A DNA stretch of 64,000 bases from NCBI RefSeq assembly GCF_009914755.1, contig NC_060931.1; one strand, given 5' to 3'. Positions 1 to 12,070 of the stretch are shown in pieces. Below the pieces are notes generated by a model. It saw nothing but the letters and a program-made list of their open reading frames with translations. It was not told where the DNA came from and did no database searches. A program made the translations under genes and the position numbers. The stretch is from the human T2T-CHM13v2.0 reference genome, Homo sapiens. Within the stretch, counting starts at the first letter, position 1. Each line of letters opens with the position of its first letter.

Positions 1-1868
1 CAGGCTCAGACAGCCTTTCCCATCATGACATGTGCAGCCCTCTGCAAGAGCATCATATTACCCATTACTGGCTTTGTGGCTGGGTCACGTCCTTTTGTCT
101 TAGTGAGTTCAGAGGTGTCATAGCCCAGGTAGGCACTGGGGATGCCAGTGCATGATATGGTTCCCTGCCTCCAGAAGCCCAGGGTGCACTGGGATGCCCT
201 GTGTAATTGGGTGCTAAATTGTGGCCCTCACAAAGGAGTGGAAGTTCAGGGAGCAGTTAAGGGACGCTATTGAGGGGGCAGGAGGGCCCTGGGCTTGGAG
301 AGGCAGTGTTTAATGCAAAAGACTTCCTGGTAAACCAGTAACATTGGAGAAGGAATGGCTGTACTTTTAATTCACAGATCCAGGGGAAGATTAACCTGCC
401 TTGTTCTGCTGTGGGTCTCTGCAGCCTTGATACAGCCAAGGGCCCAAAGCCTCAGTGTTTCTGCCTTTGCATTGAAACACTCCTCTGACACTGGGGATGC
501 CTGGCAGTTTTTCAGGTTTTGCAGAAGAATGGACAGTAGATGGCAGCAGATCTTCATCAATCCTCCCAACCCCAGCGATTTAGTCTCGTTGCCCTTGTTG
601 CATAATTTAATTCAGGGGACATTCACCAGGCCCTACCAGACCTTTCTTAAGCAGTCCAGGGGGAGAGAGACAAGTGCATCCCAAACTCTCCCAGGTCCTC
701 TAGAGCCTCTGGAGGCCCCCAGATCTGGAGTGAAAGCCACGGGCGCACAGATGCCTCTCTGTGTCCTGAGGGGGAATGAATTGTGCCAGCCGGGACTTGG
801 AGGAGGCTTACAGAGGATGTGGCATTTGCGGTTCATTGACTGTTCCCTGCTTCTGAGCATCCCAGCTCTGAAAACATCTGCACCTCATGGGATGAGTAAT
901 GGGGAGAATTTTCATTTTAATTTGTCTTTATGCATTATTTGGACTTCACATCAGACTATTAAGGTTCAAAATCTGACTCTTGAGACACACAATACCTATT
1001 TCCTTTCCAGCATGCCGGTCATCCTGTGTGGATAGTGGCCTGCTTGGGCTCTTGCACTGGTTCAGCCTCACCTTCTTAACCTGTTCTGGGGACCTCTCTT
1101 CTGTGGTGGATACAGCTGTCCTCCACACCTGCCATTGATGCCCGATGCTCAGCCACTTCTCCCCACTTCTCAGCCTGTTGATCACATTTTACCCTATACA
1201 TGTGCCCCCAGTCCACAGTGGAATGCCATTTCTCCTTCTGATTGCTGGCCTCCTGAAAGTAGGCACAGGAGATTAAACATGAGAAACAGCTCCAGTGCAT
1301 GTTACAGGCCACTCTGAGCCCTCCAAAAATGGGGTTGATGACCCCTAAACCTTGTGTGGTTATTATAACCCCAAGGTACCTTCAGTTCCATGGTTTCCAA
1401 GTCTCTGATCTGATGCGTCTGCAGAGGAAAGAGATTTCCCTTGACTCAGATTTCCTTTGAGATCCAGAAAGTGCGGCTAAAGAAGTGAGAGAGTGGCCAC
1501 ACATCCCCCTGGAAGGGAAGATGAGTGATCTTGTATTGTCCATCTGTGGACATCAGCATGGCAGCTCTGAGATCTCCCTTGGACCACACCTGGGCCCTTG
1601 CCAGCTCCATCCTAGGTTCTGAGTCCTGGGATACAGGCTGGGAAGATGTTCCATGCAGGAGAAGTAGCAGCTGTTAGATGGAAGGAAGTTGTTGGGCTCT
1701 GAGATAATATTTGGGAGATGAGTGTGAGAGAGCAGGAGTGGTATTATGGAGAATCTTTCCTGTATTCCTTTTTTTCTCACTCCAAGATGCTTTTGTGCTG
1801 CTCTGTTAGCTATGTTCCAGCAGTTCCTGGCTACCAGAATCCCATATAAAGGCCCACATAGAGGTTAG

Positions 1869-2042
1869 TAGGACCAGAACAAGGCTGAGTGAGGTGAAGC
1901 ATCTAGGATGCAAAATGTAAGGAGCTACTCACTCTCACAGTTGTTCAGCTGCAGGCTGGACACCTGCATTAACCTGAGAGGGAAGGTCTCTTAAAATTTT
2001 GCACCTTAGGCTTCTTGATTATCTCACCCTAATCCTATCCTG
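1869..2042. mobile_element. Palindromic hAT-Tip100 MITE (MER96-like)
   Basis: Imperfect inverted arms CTAGGATGCAAAATGTAAGGAG / CTCTTAAAATTTTGCACCTTAG; about 175 bp. Confidence 0.7.
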
Positions 2043-2434
2043 GTTAGCAGAGTTTGGCTGCTTTCTTTTGTTCCTTCAGTATCTTGGACAACCCTCAGTA
2101 TAGAACAATGATTTGATAACTCATATTTATATTCATGAACTTTTTGAGGCCTGGAATGGGGCCTTATTTCTCTGTCTTTACTCAGCCATGTCTCTGTACC
2201 TGGCAATAATAAGTGCCAAGCAAATGAGAGAGTGCACTTAGCAAGGAGAATGGAAGGGAAAGTTATGCTAATCTGTCTGTGATAGTATCGTGAAACTTAA
2301 AAGTGGTAAGTCTTTCATATAATTGAAACAATTTGAACTTTAGTTTGCCTGTTGGCATTCATTAATTTACTCAGTAATTTTTTTGTTCATACAAAACTAG
2401 TTACATGACTGCCTGATCACCCAACCATATATCT

Positions 2435-2712
2435 AGCCAACTAAACAACTAACCAGCCATCTGACCACCCAACCAACCAACCATCCCAACCGACCAACCA
2501 AACCAACCAACCAACCCAACCAACCATCCAACCATCCATTCATCCAACAAACCATTCCACCCATCCAATCATCTCACCCACCCAACCAACCAACCCACCC
2601 AACCAACCAACCTAACCAACCCGGCCAACCAACCATCTAGTCAACCAACAAACTATCCAAACATCCATTCCATCCAACCAACTAACCAACCCACCCAATC
2701 AAACCAGCCAAC
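2435..2712 (+). repeat. Degenerate (CCAA)n/(CCAT)n tetranucleotide repeat
   Basis: About 270 bp of ccaa/ccat/acca units. Confidence 0.9.
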
Positions 2713-4289
2713 TCACTGTCCCAACTGTGATGCCCCATCTTTAAGTCGTCTGGAATGTTGCCTTCTTCAAGAAGCCTTTCCTGATCTCTTCACTGTACCT
2801 ATACTTGGACATGATCTGTTTCTCAGACCTCTCATGGCACATGTCACGCTGGAGAGAGTTGACAGGCTACTTTGTTCCTCCTGCTGGACTGTCAGCTGCC
2901 TGAGTATAGGGGTGACTTGTCTGTGTCCCTACCTTTTTGAGTTTTGCTCAGAATTATTCCAATAAATAAGAATTGAGATGGATTCTTGACTTTGCTTGGA
3001 ATTTGGAAGGGGAGAATGAAGTATGAGGTCTTTCCTTAACTTAAGAAGTTCATAGAAGAGCAGAATTAGTGACTTAGCACACAGAAAAAGTCAACTAAAA
3101 ATAGCAGGCAGATCTGTTTCAGGGTCAGATGGATGGTGCTAATTGAGATGCCGTAGGAGCTTAGAGGAGAGGGAGGGGGTTTTCTGGATGAAGCAGGGCT
3201 AAGCTGAGCCTTGAAGGCTGAGTGGGTTTGAATAACCCAGTTTTGTGTGGCAGGGGGCAGTCTTATTCTTCAGGCCTTATTACTGTGCCTGGAACATATT
3301 CATCACTCTTCTGTGCCTTGCTCTAAGCCTGAGGTTTTGTTTTTGGGGTAGGGGGGAAAGTTTGCTGGTATCCCTGGGGTCTCATTCCTAAAGACTGAAG
3401 CAGCTCTCTTGTTCTTCCCCAGCGTGTTTTTCTACGGCCTGCATTGGGTTTTGCTGCATTTGCAGACATTTTTGGATAATGTACACTTATGGTGGGTCAT
3501 GGAGAAAACCTAAGCTCATAGCTCCACCTAAGGATCATGGCATTTATTTAGGGAAAAGATGGGCGTCCTTGTTCCTACCCTGTGATAGGCTGGATGCCTT
3601 GGGGCCTGACATAGAGAGAGCCAAAGTCTTTCCCTTGCCAAATCCCATTCAGTCCTGCTGGAGTACTGGGTGTATGCCTTCCCTCATGACTCTTGGGCTG
3701 GTTTTCTCAAATGGTGGCTGAGGGATGGAATTCTGCTGTGACTGTCAGAGGTGGTGTCTCCATTTTGGAAAGATGGCCCCTGATGCTGAGTTATGTTAGG
3801 GGCATATTGGGCAGAGTTCCTCAAATCACAAAGATGATCTGCCAGGGCAGCTTCCTGTATGGCTAGATTCCATGTGTGTGCCTCATTCCAGAAAATTCTA
3901 CTTTGTTTTCTCTACTCATTCCACAAGAAGTTAGTAAAGCCATGGGATTTCTTTCATTTCCTGTTGAGGCCAGTTTTGTGGTCATAGGTCCCTCAGAAGT
4001 GGGGCCTTTTCCCAATAAAGTAAACAGTTTTTGATCTCAATCTAAATACATGGTATTTAATTTTATTCAACAAAGCATTTATAGAGTGCCTCTTGCTTGT
4101 TCGAATGGTGTTGGGGAGAGAAATGCTGAAGATGAGGTTCCTGCTCCCAAGAGGCTGAGACATCCCGACAAATATGTACTACAGGATTAAGAAAAAGATG
4201 AGTGTGATAAGGGATCTGGCAGAGTTCCACAGAGATAGAGTCTGGATAGTTTCAGGGATAATTATGCTGTCGATATCTGTTGAGTCCTC

Positions 4290-4420
4290 ACTATCTGACT
4301 GGCCCTCTTATAGGAGCTTTGGATGTATTACTTCATTTAATCCTGACAGCAACTTTACATATTTACAAGTGGGGAAACTGAGGCACAAAATGACCAAGCA
4401 GTCTGAGTTCATGCAGGTTT
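4290..4420. mobile_element. MIR fragment
   Basis: tcatttaatcctgacagcaac...ggaaactgaggcac core. Confidence 0.6.
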
Positions 4421-7175
4421 TCTGGCTTTTGGGGCCTTAGTCTTAATCATTATCCTTGGCCCTGACCTGGGGGAAGAGGACTGTTGAGAGCTGGCATTAG
4501 CAAGGACATAGAGGGCAGGTCTGGCAGTTCAGAGAGTGGAAGAATCCCAAGCCGAGGGGATGCTGTGAGCAAAGAGGTGGGCAAGTTGGTGTAGCTGGAG
4601 CCCAGGGGATGTGTGAGTGGTGGGAAGAGGGTAGACTGCAGGCCCGACAGGTGCCCCAAGAGCCAGACCTTCTTCTCTAGGCAATAGAGAGGGATAGAAA
4701 GTTCTCTTGTGTTTTGGGTTCTGTTGTTTTTTAACCAGGAAGATGTGCCGCAAGGTGAGTCTAGGGGTGCAGCAGGTCTGAGAAAGGTGACTGGCAGCAG
4801 GGCCCCTGCTGGGAAGGCAAGTGGGCTCTGGCCTGGATGTGCCAGAGGGGTAAGGAGCCAGGGAGCTGAGGAGGAGAATCCAGAGGACGAGGCAGTCAAG
4901 GAGGACTGTGGGCCTGGAGGAAGGGGAGGTTGGGCAGGCAGTTAGCAGGAGTAGGGGCACCTGAAGGGGAGGTGCTGCTTGAGTCAGGAAGAAGATGAGT
5001 TGTTTCTGGATATGTCCAGTGGAGCTTTTGTTTCCACAGTCAAGAGTGGGGCAGAAACGCAGATCCCAGGGAATGTTGGGAGGAGCTGGCATGGGCTGAA
5101 AGCTGAATTCCTTGGAGGGTGGACATTGCCAAGGTCAGTATCTTGCAGTGGAGACCACGTGCTTGGTGTGGGGCAGGGCAAGAAAACGGAGTGGTCAGAG
5201 CAGAGCCCCACCCAAGGCGAGGGAAGAGCCAGTCTCCTGGAGGCAGGAGGTTGCATTTTCGGACCCTTAGGAGAGGTTGGGAGGTCACTGGGCCTGGTGA
5301 TGGCGGTTCCCAGGTGGCTTTGGAGAGAGCACCTTGAGCAAAGTGCTCCGGGGCAGAAAGTCAACTGTCGTGTATTGAGGAATGGGAGGAGATGAGGACA
5401 TGTGTGGAGAGCCTTTGTGAAAGAAGTTTAGAGATGAAGGGTACACAGGGACAGGGTGGCAGCTCAAGAAAGAAGAAGGTTAAGGAATAGGGCCGTTTAT
5501 TCAGGACAAGAGAGATTTGTGTATGTTTGTGAGCCATGTTTGCACCAGCAGCAGAGACAAGAAATTCACCATTCACAGAGGCAGGGTGCACGGGCTTGGG
5601 TGGGGCCCGGAAGGGGACAGTGCTGACAATACCAGAGTCATTTTCTGTTACGCTCAGTAACGATAATTGATGTCTGTAATGATGGGCCCAGGGCATTACA
5701 AGTTCCTGAAGTGCCTTTTAAATCTCTAATGAAAGAGTCAATTCTACTCAGCAGAGTTGTTGAGTTACTTGAAATTTATTCCAATTAAGCAAAGCTTTGT
5801 TCAGTTATTGAGATCTGCTATTTGGGAAACATTGCATTGTATTGTATTCTGAGACTTTGAAACTTGGCTCGCCATCTTTCACATATTTAGTAACTTGGCA
5901 TGGTGAGGTTGAAAGGGCCCCGCTTTAGAATTGAACAGATTTGGGTGCAAATCCTAGCTCTGCCATATACTAACAGGGCAAAGGCAAAAACTTTTTAGCC
6001 TCTTTTAACTTTTTTAGGATTGTCATAAGGAATAAGTAAAATAAAATATATCAAATATTTGGCCCACAATGGTTATTTTAATAAATATTAGCTTCCCCCC
6101 ACTCTAGCTATTTGGTTAGCCAAAACACCCATTTAAAAAAAAAAACAGATGGATATATTCCTGAATAGATGGGGATTTTGTGAGAAGGATGGAAAGTGAG
6201 GTTGGAGTCAGATTATGGAAGATTGTGATGGTCAAAAGAGAAATGTTCAGGTTAGTTGTGAGAGCCATGGCCAGGGCTCCTGTGCCCTTGGGCATGTCTT
6301 TCCCCTGGGGTCAGGCATATAGCAGGCTTTTGGAAACGTTTGTGGATTGAATGAATTTGCCTGCCTTGAGGCATTTCCTTCTTTTTTTATTGAAGGCTAG
6401 GGGAAGGTGGGTCTGTTTGAAAGCTCTGGAGGGTGAGGCAGATGTGTCTTCCTACCCTCTTCTCTTCTAGAAGGTTTTCCCAGGTCAGGCCTGGACAATG
6501 GGCTGGCACAATTGGCTCCACTTGCCTAGGCCCATGTGGCTGTGGTCCTCCATGTCCCTGCTTCTGCCTTGAGCCCAGGGTTTCACTCAATTGTTTAAAG
6601 GGTCAAGATGCATGGAAAGTCTAAGAGAGGACAGTGGCATTTCTATAACTGATATTGCTTCCTTTGGTCCCAGTGTCACTTTGTTTAGCCTTTCTTCTTT
6701 AAATAAAATTTCTTTTGAATGAGAAGAAAAGGAAATCATGTAAACTGAAAAAGTCCCAGATGGAAACCGAGACCAAGTATTTTGCCACCATCTGAGGATT
6801 AGAGGCTGTTTGGCAAGGCTGAGAGCCACGTCCATTATTTCATGTCCACCTCCTCATGGAGCAGTGGCACACTGAGTGGCCGTATTCCAGAAGCTGCTGT
6901 ATGGAGGGCAAATGATCTTATAAGGGCATTTTGGCAGGTATCTAGGAATCAACCCCTGGATCTGCCAAAGAAACCCATCCACACACAGAATTCTCACACC
7001 CATAGTCTCCCTCTGCCCCTGCTCAGCTCCCTAACAGATCTCAAGTCACTTTGTAGCCTTGACATGGAAGATCAGATATCTTTAAAATTCAACACACTCC
7101 TAGGAGTATATTAAAAGAAGAAAAGAGAAGTTGAAAGTATCCATTTTAGATTTAAAAAAAAAAGCCGGTCTGGTC

Positions 7176-7643
7176 TAAGGGAGGAGACCACCCCTCATGT
7201 TGTCTTATGCCCAATTTCTGCCTCCAAAGAAAGAAGAAGTAAAAACTAAAAGGCAGAAATGAAATCCACAAGCAGACAGCCTGGTGCCACACCCTGGGCC
7301 TGGTAGTTAAAGATTGACCCCTGACCTAATCAGTTATGTTATCTATACATTACAGACATTGTATAGAAAAGCACTATGAAAATCCCTGTCCTGTTCTGTT
7401 CTGTTCTGTTCTAATTACCGGTGCATGCAGCCCGCAGTCACGTACCCCCTGCTTGCTCAGTTGATCACGACCCTCTCACGCGGACTCTGTTAGAATTGTG
7501 CGCCCTTAAAAGGGACAGGAATTGCTCACTCGGGGAGCTCGGTTGTTGGAGATGTGAGTCTTGCTGAAGCTCCCGGCCAAATAAAGCCCTTCCTTCTTTA
7601 ACTCAGTGTCTGAGGGGTTTTGTCTGCGGCTTGTCCTGCTACA
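7176..7643 (+). mobile_element. 5' LTR (LTR2 family)
   Basis: TAAGGGAGGAGACCACCCCTC...GTCCTGCTACA; TATA-like CTTAAAA 7505-7511; AATAAA 7580-7585. Confidence 0.93.
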
Positions 7644-7648
7644 TTTCT

Positions 7649-7666
7649 TGGTTCCCTGACTGGGAA
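7649..7666 (+). promoter_or_regulatory. Primer-binding site complementary to the tRNA-Glu 3' end
   Basis: TGGTTCCCTGACTGGGAA vs expected TGGTTCCCTGACCGGGAA (1 mismatch), 5 nt after the LTR end. Confidence 0.9.
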
Positions 7667-7893
7667 GCAAGGTGATTAATGGACGGTCAAGGCAGCCCCT
7701 TAGGCGGCTTAGGCCTGCCCTGTGGGGGACTCTGGCCAGCTTGAGCGACGCAGATCCTGAGAGCGCTCCCGGGTAGGCAACTGCCCCGGTGGAATGCCTT
7801 GCCAGAGCAGTGCGTGGCAGGCCCCCGTGGAGGATCAATGTGGTGGCTGATCACCAGGAAGGAATTGGCACTTGGAGTCCGGACATCTGAAAC

Positions 7894-7902
7894 TTGGTAA
7901 GA
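7894..7902 (+). promoter_or_regulatory. Retroviral leader splice donor
   Basis: TTG|GTAAGA (GT at 7897-7898) between the PBS and the gag ATG, the usual position of a major splice donor. Confidence 0.7.
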
Positions 7903-8184
7903 CTAGTCTTTGGAACTTGCCCACTCCATTTGAGTGGAAGCGTGGCCTGATCACCCATGGCATACCTATACCGGCACTTTGGTTTTTGTTTTTGACTTGA
8001 CTTGGATTGCTTGATACTTTGGTTTTGGTTTTCACATGGCTTGGATTTCTTGATACTCTGATTTTGGTTTTGATTCTGGTTTGGTGTAAACTGTAAAAGT
8101 GTGTGTGTGTGGGTGCCCTTTTTACTCGTTCTTTGTTTTGTGTTGTGCATGTGGTGTGAGCGTGGTGTTTTGTCTTGAAGAAGC

Positions 8185-8507
8185 ATGGGTCAGGCACAAA
8201 GTAAGCCCACCCCACTAGGAACTATGCTGAAAAATTTCAAGAAAGGATTTAAGGGAAACTATGGAGTACTGTGACACCAGGAAAACTTAAAACTTTGTGT
8301 AAGATAGACTGGCCAGCATTAGAGGTGGTTTGGCCATCAGAAGGAAGCCTGGACAGGTCCCTTGTTTCAAAGGTATGGCACAAGGTAACCTGTAAGCCAG
8401 GGCACCCAGACCAGTTCCTGTACATAGACACTTGGTTACAGCTGGTTTTAGAGCCCCGTCGTCGGCCCTCCCCACCCCGCACAATGGCTGAGACAACAGC
8501 AGCATAA
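8185..8507 (+). pseudogene. gag matrix remnant, frameshifted and truncated
   Basis: MGQAQSKPTPLGTMLKNFKKGFKGNYGV, then a frameshift into TPGKLKTLCKIDWPALEVVWPSEGSLD...HPDQFLYIDTW (gammaretrovirus-like MA motifs). Confidence 0.85.
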
Positions 8508-8535
8508 ACAGCTGGCAGAGTCAAGGAAAGACCAA

Positions 8536-8690
8536 CAGAGAGAGAAAGAGGAAGAGACAGAGAGACAAAGAGGGAGTCAAGGAGAGAGAGAGAGAGAGAG
8601 AGGCAGAGAGAGAGAAAGAGACAAATGGGAAAAGGAAAAAGAGAAAAAGAGACAGAAAATCAAAGAGAGAAAGAAAGAAAGAGAGAGATA
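8536..8690 (+). repeat. GA-rich simple repeat inside the provirus
   Basis: (AG)n/(GAAA)n run. Confidence 0.85.
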
Positions 8691-9540
8691 TATAAGTAGT
8701 TAAGAAAAAAAAACAGTGTACCCTATTCCTTTAAAAGCCAAGGTAAATTTAAAACCTGTAATTGATGATTGAAGGTGTTCTCCATAACCCTATAACACTC
8801 CAGTACCACTTTGTTGTCAGTGTAAACAAGGGTGTATCCCGAAAGCACTGAGGCCTTCCTATCAAAATTCCTTAACCCAGTAACCTGCAGTAACCTGCGG
8901 ATGGCCCAAATGCATTCAATCTGTAGCGGCAACTGCTTAGCTAACAGAAAAAATTTAAAAAATAACTGTTAGAGGAAACCTCATTGTGAGCACACCTCAC
9001 CAGTTCAGAAGTATCCTAAGGAAAAAAAAAAAAAAAAAAAAGGATGATTTAATATTAACCACTGAAAATTCCCTTAACCCAGCAGGTTTCCTAACAGGGG
9101 ATCTAAATCTTAATTACCATACAAAGGCCCGACCAGACCTAGGAGGAACCCCTTCAGGACAGGACCATCGATGGTTCCTCCCAGGTAATTGAAGGAAAAA
9201 AAAAAAAGCCATCTATACAATTCTAAGTTAATTTGGACAAAACAAGGTCTTATTAATAGCAAAGGATAATTAAAATCCCAAACTTACAAGTGTTTCAACA
9301 AAAGTAAAGTTTGCTAAAAGTTAACAGTGTAACATGTATTATAGTAACTTCTAATCTTGTGGCCTTAGACAATCTAGTCCACAGACATAAAGGAAGTTTG
9401 CTTTGGAAAAGAATGGTTATCATCTTCGAAAAAAAAAAGGGGGAAAAAAAAGGGGGGCAGAATTTATGTAAAAAGAGTGTTATATAGCAAATTCTTGTCC
9501 TGAAATAAATTAACTGGTAGTCTAAAGAAAGAAATGTTTA

Positions 9541-9842
9541 GGCCGGGCGCAGTGGCTCACGTCTGTAATCCCAGCCCTTTGGGAGGCCGAGGTGGGTGGA
9601 TCATGAGGTCAGAAGTTCGAGACCAGCCTGGCCAACATAGTGAAACCCTGCCTCTACTAAAAATACAAAAATTAGCCAGTCATGGTGGTGCCTGCCTGTA
9701 GTCCCAGCTATTCAGGAGGCTGAGGCAGGAGAATCGCTTGAACCTGGGAGGCGGAGGTTGTGGCGAGCCGAGATTGCGCCACACACTCCAGCCTGGGCGA
9801 CAGAGCAAGACTCTGTTTCAAAAAAAAAAAAAAAAAAAAAAA
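9541..9842 (+). mobile_element. Full-length AluS (Sg-like) nested in the provirus
   Basis: GGCCGGGCGC...A-tail; TSD AAGAAATGTTTA on both sides; GGATCATGAGGTC plus GTTCGAGACCAGCCTGGCC pattern. Confidence 0.92.
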
Positions 9843-10750
9843 GAAATGTTTATAATAAGTCAGAAAGTTGAGGCATGTCGAAGAGTTGTCTGCGAAAGTC
9901 GTGAAAGAGAAAAATGTTATAAAAAAATTTATGCAAGAAATGTTGTATAATTTAAAAGTAGCTAGGCCTCCTGAATGTAAAACTATTGAAAAAAAAAAAA
10001 AAGTTTATGTGCAAGGTGTACAAGGAAAGTAAAATATACCTTTGGTAAAAGGATTATAAGGAGGCATAAGAATGTAAATTTTTACCTACATTAAAAGGTT
10101 AAAAAAACTTTTTTTGAAGGTTTAAGCAAGTTTTAAAACATAATTATATACAAAAAATTCTGTGTGTAAACATATTAGCTACAGTTAAAGGGGTATCATC
10201 CAGTTTTTCTGTGAACTGGACATTAAAGTAAAAACACGACCGGTTTTTCTTAAAGCACTAACCTGCTCTATAACAAAGATTATAAAAGGTTAAAAAGAGT
10301 CTATAAAAATCTTACCTTATGGTCCAACATTAAAAATGGAATAAATATGTATACAAAGTTTTATTAAAACTAAGTTTAATATTAATAGCACACTAATATA
10401 AAGGTGAAATTTAGCTTATCTGGTATAAAAATCATATAAGAAGCATTACTAAATATAAAATGGTGTTTGGCTTTCTTTGGTCTAAAAACTAATAAAAATA
10501 GGTGCTAAAGGAAATTTCTCAGTAAGAAGGCACCAAAGACTATAAAGTCCTCTGTTGATGTCCCCACATTTGAAAGAAAAAGTCAGTTTCTTAGAAATTA
10601 TATACTTGGTTTATCTTCCACTTTTCTTTCCCTCAAAACTAAAAGTATTTTAGCACAGGTACCACCCCTAGAATTTCCAGTAAACCAGCACCAGCCTAAA
10701 GATCACTTCTTATCGAAGGGTGGAAAGAAAAGAAACTTGAGCCAGCCTAG

Positions 10751-11140
10751 GAAGGACCCTACCTTGTGCTGCTAACCACCGAGACTGCTGTTCATTCAGC
10801 GGAAAAGGGATGGACTCATCACACCCAAGTCAACGTGTTAACAGTTAACAGTGTTACATGTATTATAGTAACTTATACTATAAGACAGACACCCTTCCTG
10901 TGGAAAGACTCAGCTGCACTAAAAAGATTTAAAACTCTTGTAATAGGAGTTATAATAGTAATAGAAACCTGCTTACAGCTCCCTTGTTTGCTACCTATAC
11001 TTCTTCAAATGATAAAAAGCTTCATCGCTACCTTCATTCACCAAAATGCTTCAGCACAAGTGTACTATATCAGTCACTACCGATCTGTCTTGCAAGAAGA
11101 CATGGGTAGTGAGAATGAAAGTGAGAACTCCCACTATTGA
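10751..11140 (+). pseudogene. Fused remnant of integrase C-terminus and env TM anchor/tail
   Basis: EGPYLVLLTTETAV...GWTHHTQV followed by FKTLVIGVIIVIETCLQLPCLLPILLQMIKSF..., directly before the PPT. Confidence 0.75.
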
Positions 11141-11163
11141 GTGAGATTCTCAAAGTGGGGGAA

Positions 11164-11626
11164 GAAGGGAGGAGACCACCCCTCATATTGTCTTATGCCC
11201 GATTTCTGCTTCCAAAGAAAGAAGAAGTAAAAACTAAAAGGCAGAAATGAAATCCACAAGCAGACAGCCCAGCGCCACACCCTGGCTCTGGTAGTTAAAG
11301 ATCGAACCCTGACCTAATCAGTTATGTTATGTATAGATTACAGACATTGTATAGAAAAGCACTGTGAAAATCCCTGTCCTGTTCTGTTCCGTTCTAATTA
11401 CTGGTATATGCAGCCCCCAGTCACATACCCCTTGCTTGCTCAATCGATCACGACCCTCTCATGCGGACTCCCTTAGAGTTGTGAGCCCTTAAAAGGGACA
11501 GGAATTGCTCACTTGGGGAGCTCGGTTGTTGGAGACGTGAGTCTTGCCAAAGCTCCTGGCCGAATAAAGCCCTTCCTTCTTTAACTCAATGTCTGAGGGG
11601 TTTTGTCTGTGGCTTGTCCTGCTACA
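11164..11626 (+). mobile_element. 3' LTR (LTR2 family)
   Basis: Preceded by purine tract AAAGTGGGGGAA; AATAAA 11563-11568; about 36 substitutions and one 5-bp indel vs the 5' LTR (manual count). Confidence 0.93.
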
Positions 11627-11779
11627 GTCCATTTAATGTTTAATAAAGACATTACTACTGATTTATTATTCTTCTTTTTAAAGAAAATAACTACAAAAGG
11701 GCACGTGTACCAGATGCAAGGATCTGGGAGAACTTAGACAAGGATCCTGGTTTTAAAAAGTGTTGTCGTACAAACAAAC

Positions 11780-12070
11780 CCCATGTGGATTTGGCAGGAG
11801 AGCGTCCTTATTCTAAGGAGATGCAGGCTGAAATATTTAGGGATGGTATATCATGATGTCCACAACTGGCTTTCAAATCGTTCAGCAAAAAGAAAAATAA
11901 TGTGTATGTGTGTTGAGGGGGGGGGGGTATGTATGTATGCATTGAGAGAAAAAAAAAGTAAGGCAAATGTTAACAATTTGTCACTATAAGTGAAGGGTAT
12001 ATGCTGGTGTGTGTTTTATTTTTCATTCAGTTTTCCTGTTAGTCTAACATTTTTCAAAATAAAAAAGAGA
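11780..12070 (+). mobile_element. Old L1 (L1ME-like) 3' end fragment
   Basis: gagatgcaggctgaaatatttagggat...gtgaagggtatatg...caaaataaaa pattern. Confidence 0.55.

Larger units (their letters stand above)
7176..11626 (+). mobile_element. HERV-E/Harlequin-type (ERV1) defective provirus with two LTR2-family LTRs, sense to MINDY4
   Basis: Direct repeats of about 465 bp at both ends, tRNA-Glu PBS, gag MA remnant, integrase GPY remnant, env TM tail and PPT; flanks share GTC (GGTC|...|GTCC). Confidence 0.93.

Noticed and set aside
355-1035. 226-aa ORF on +
   Set aside because: No recognisable domain or splice context; an intronic chance ORF
2435-2712. CRISPR-like or telomere-like array
   Set aside because: Plain degenerate tetranucleotide repeat with no spacers; eukaryotic DNA
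8185-11140. Coding-competent retroviral genes
   Set aside because: gag is frameshifted after about 28 codons, most of pol and env is deleted, and there is a stop just before the GPY motif
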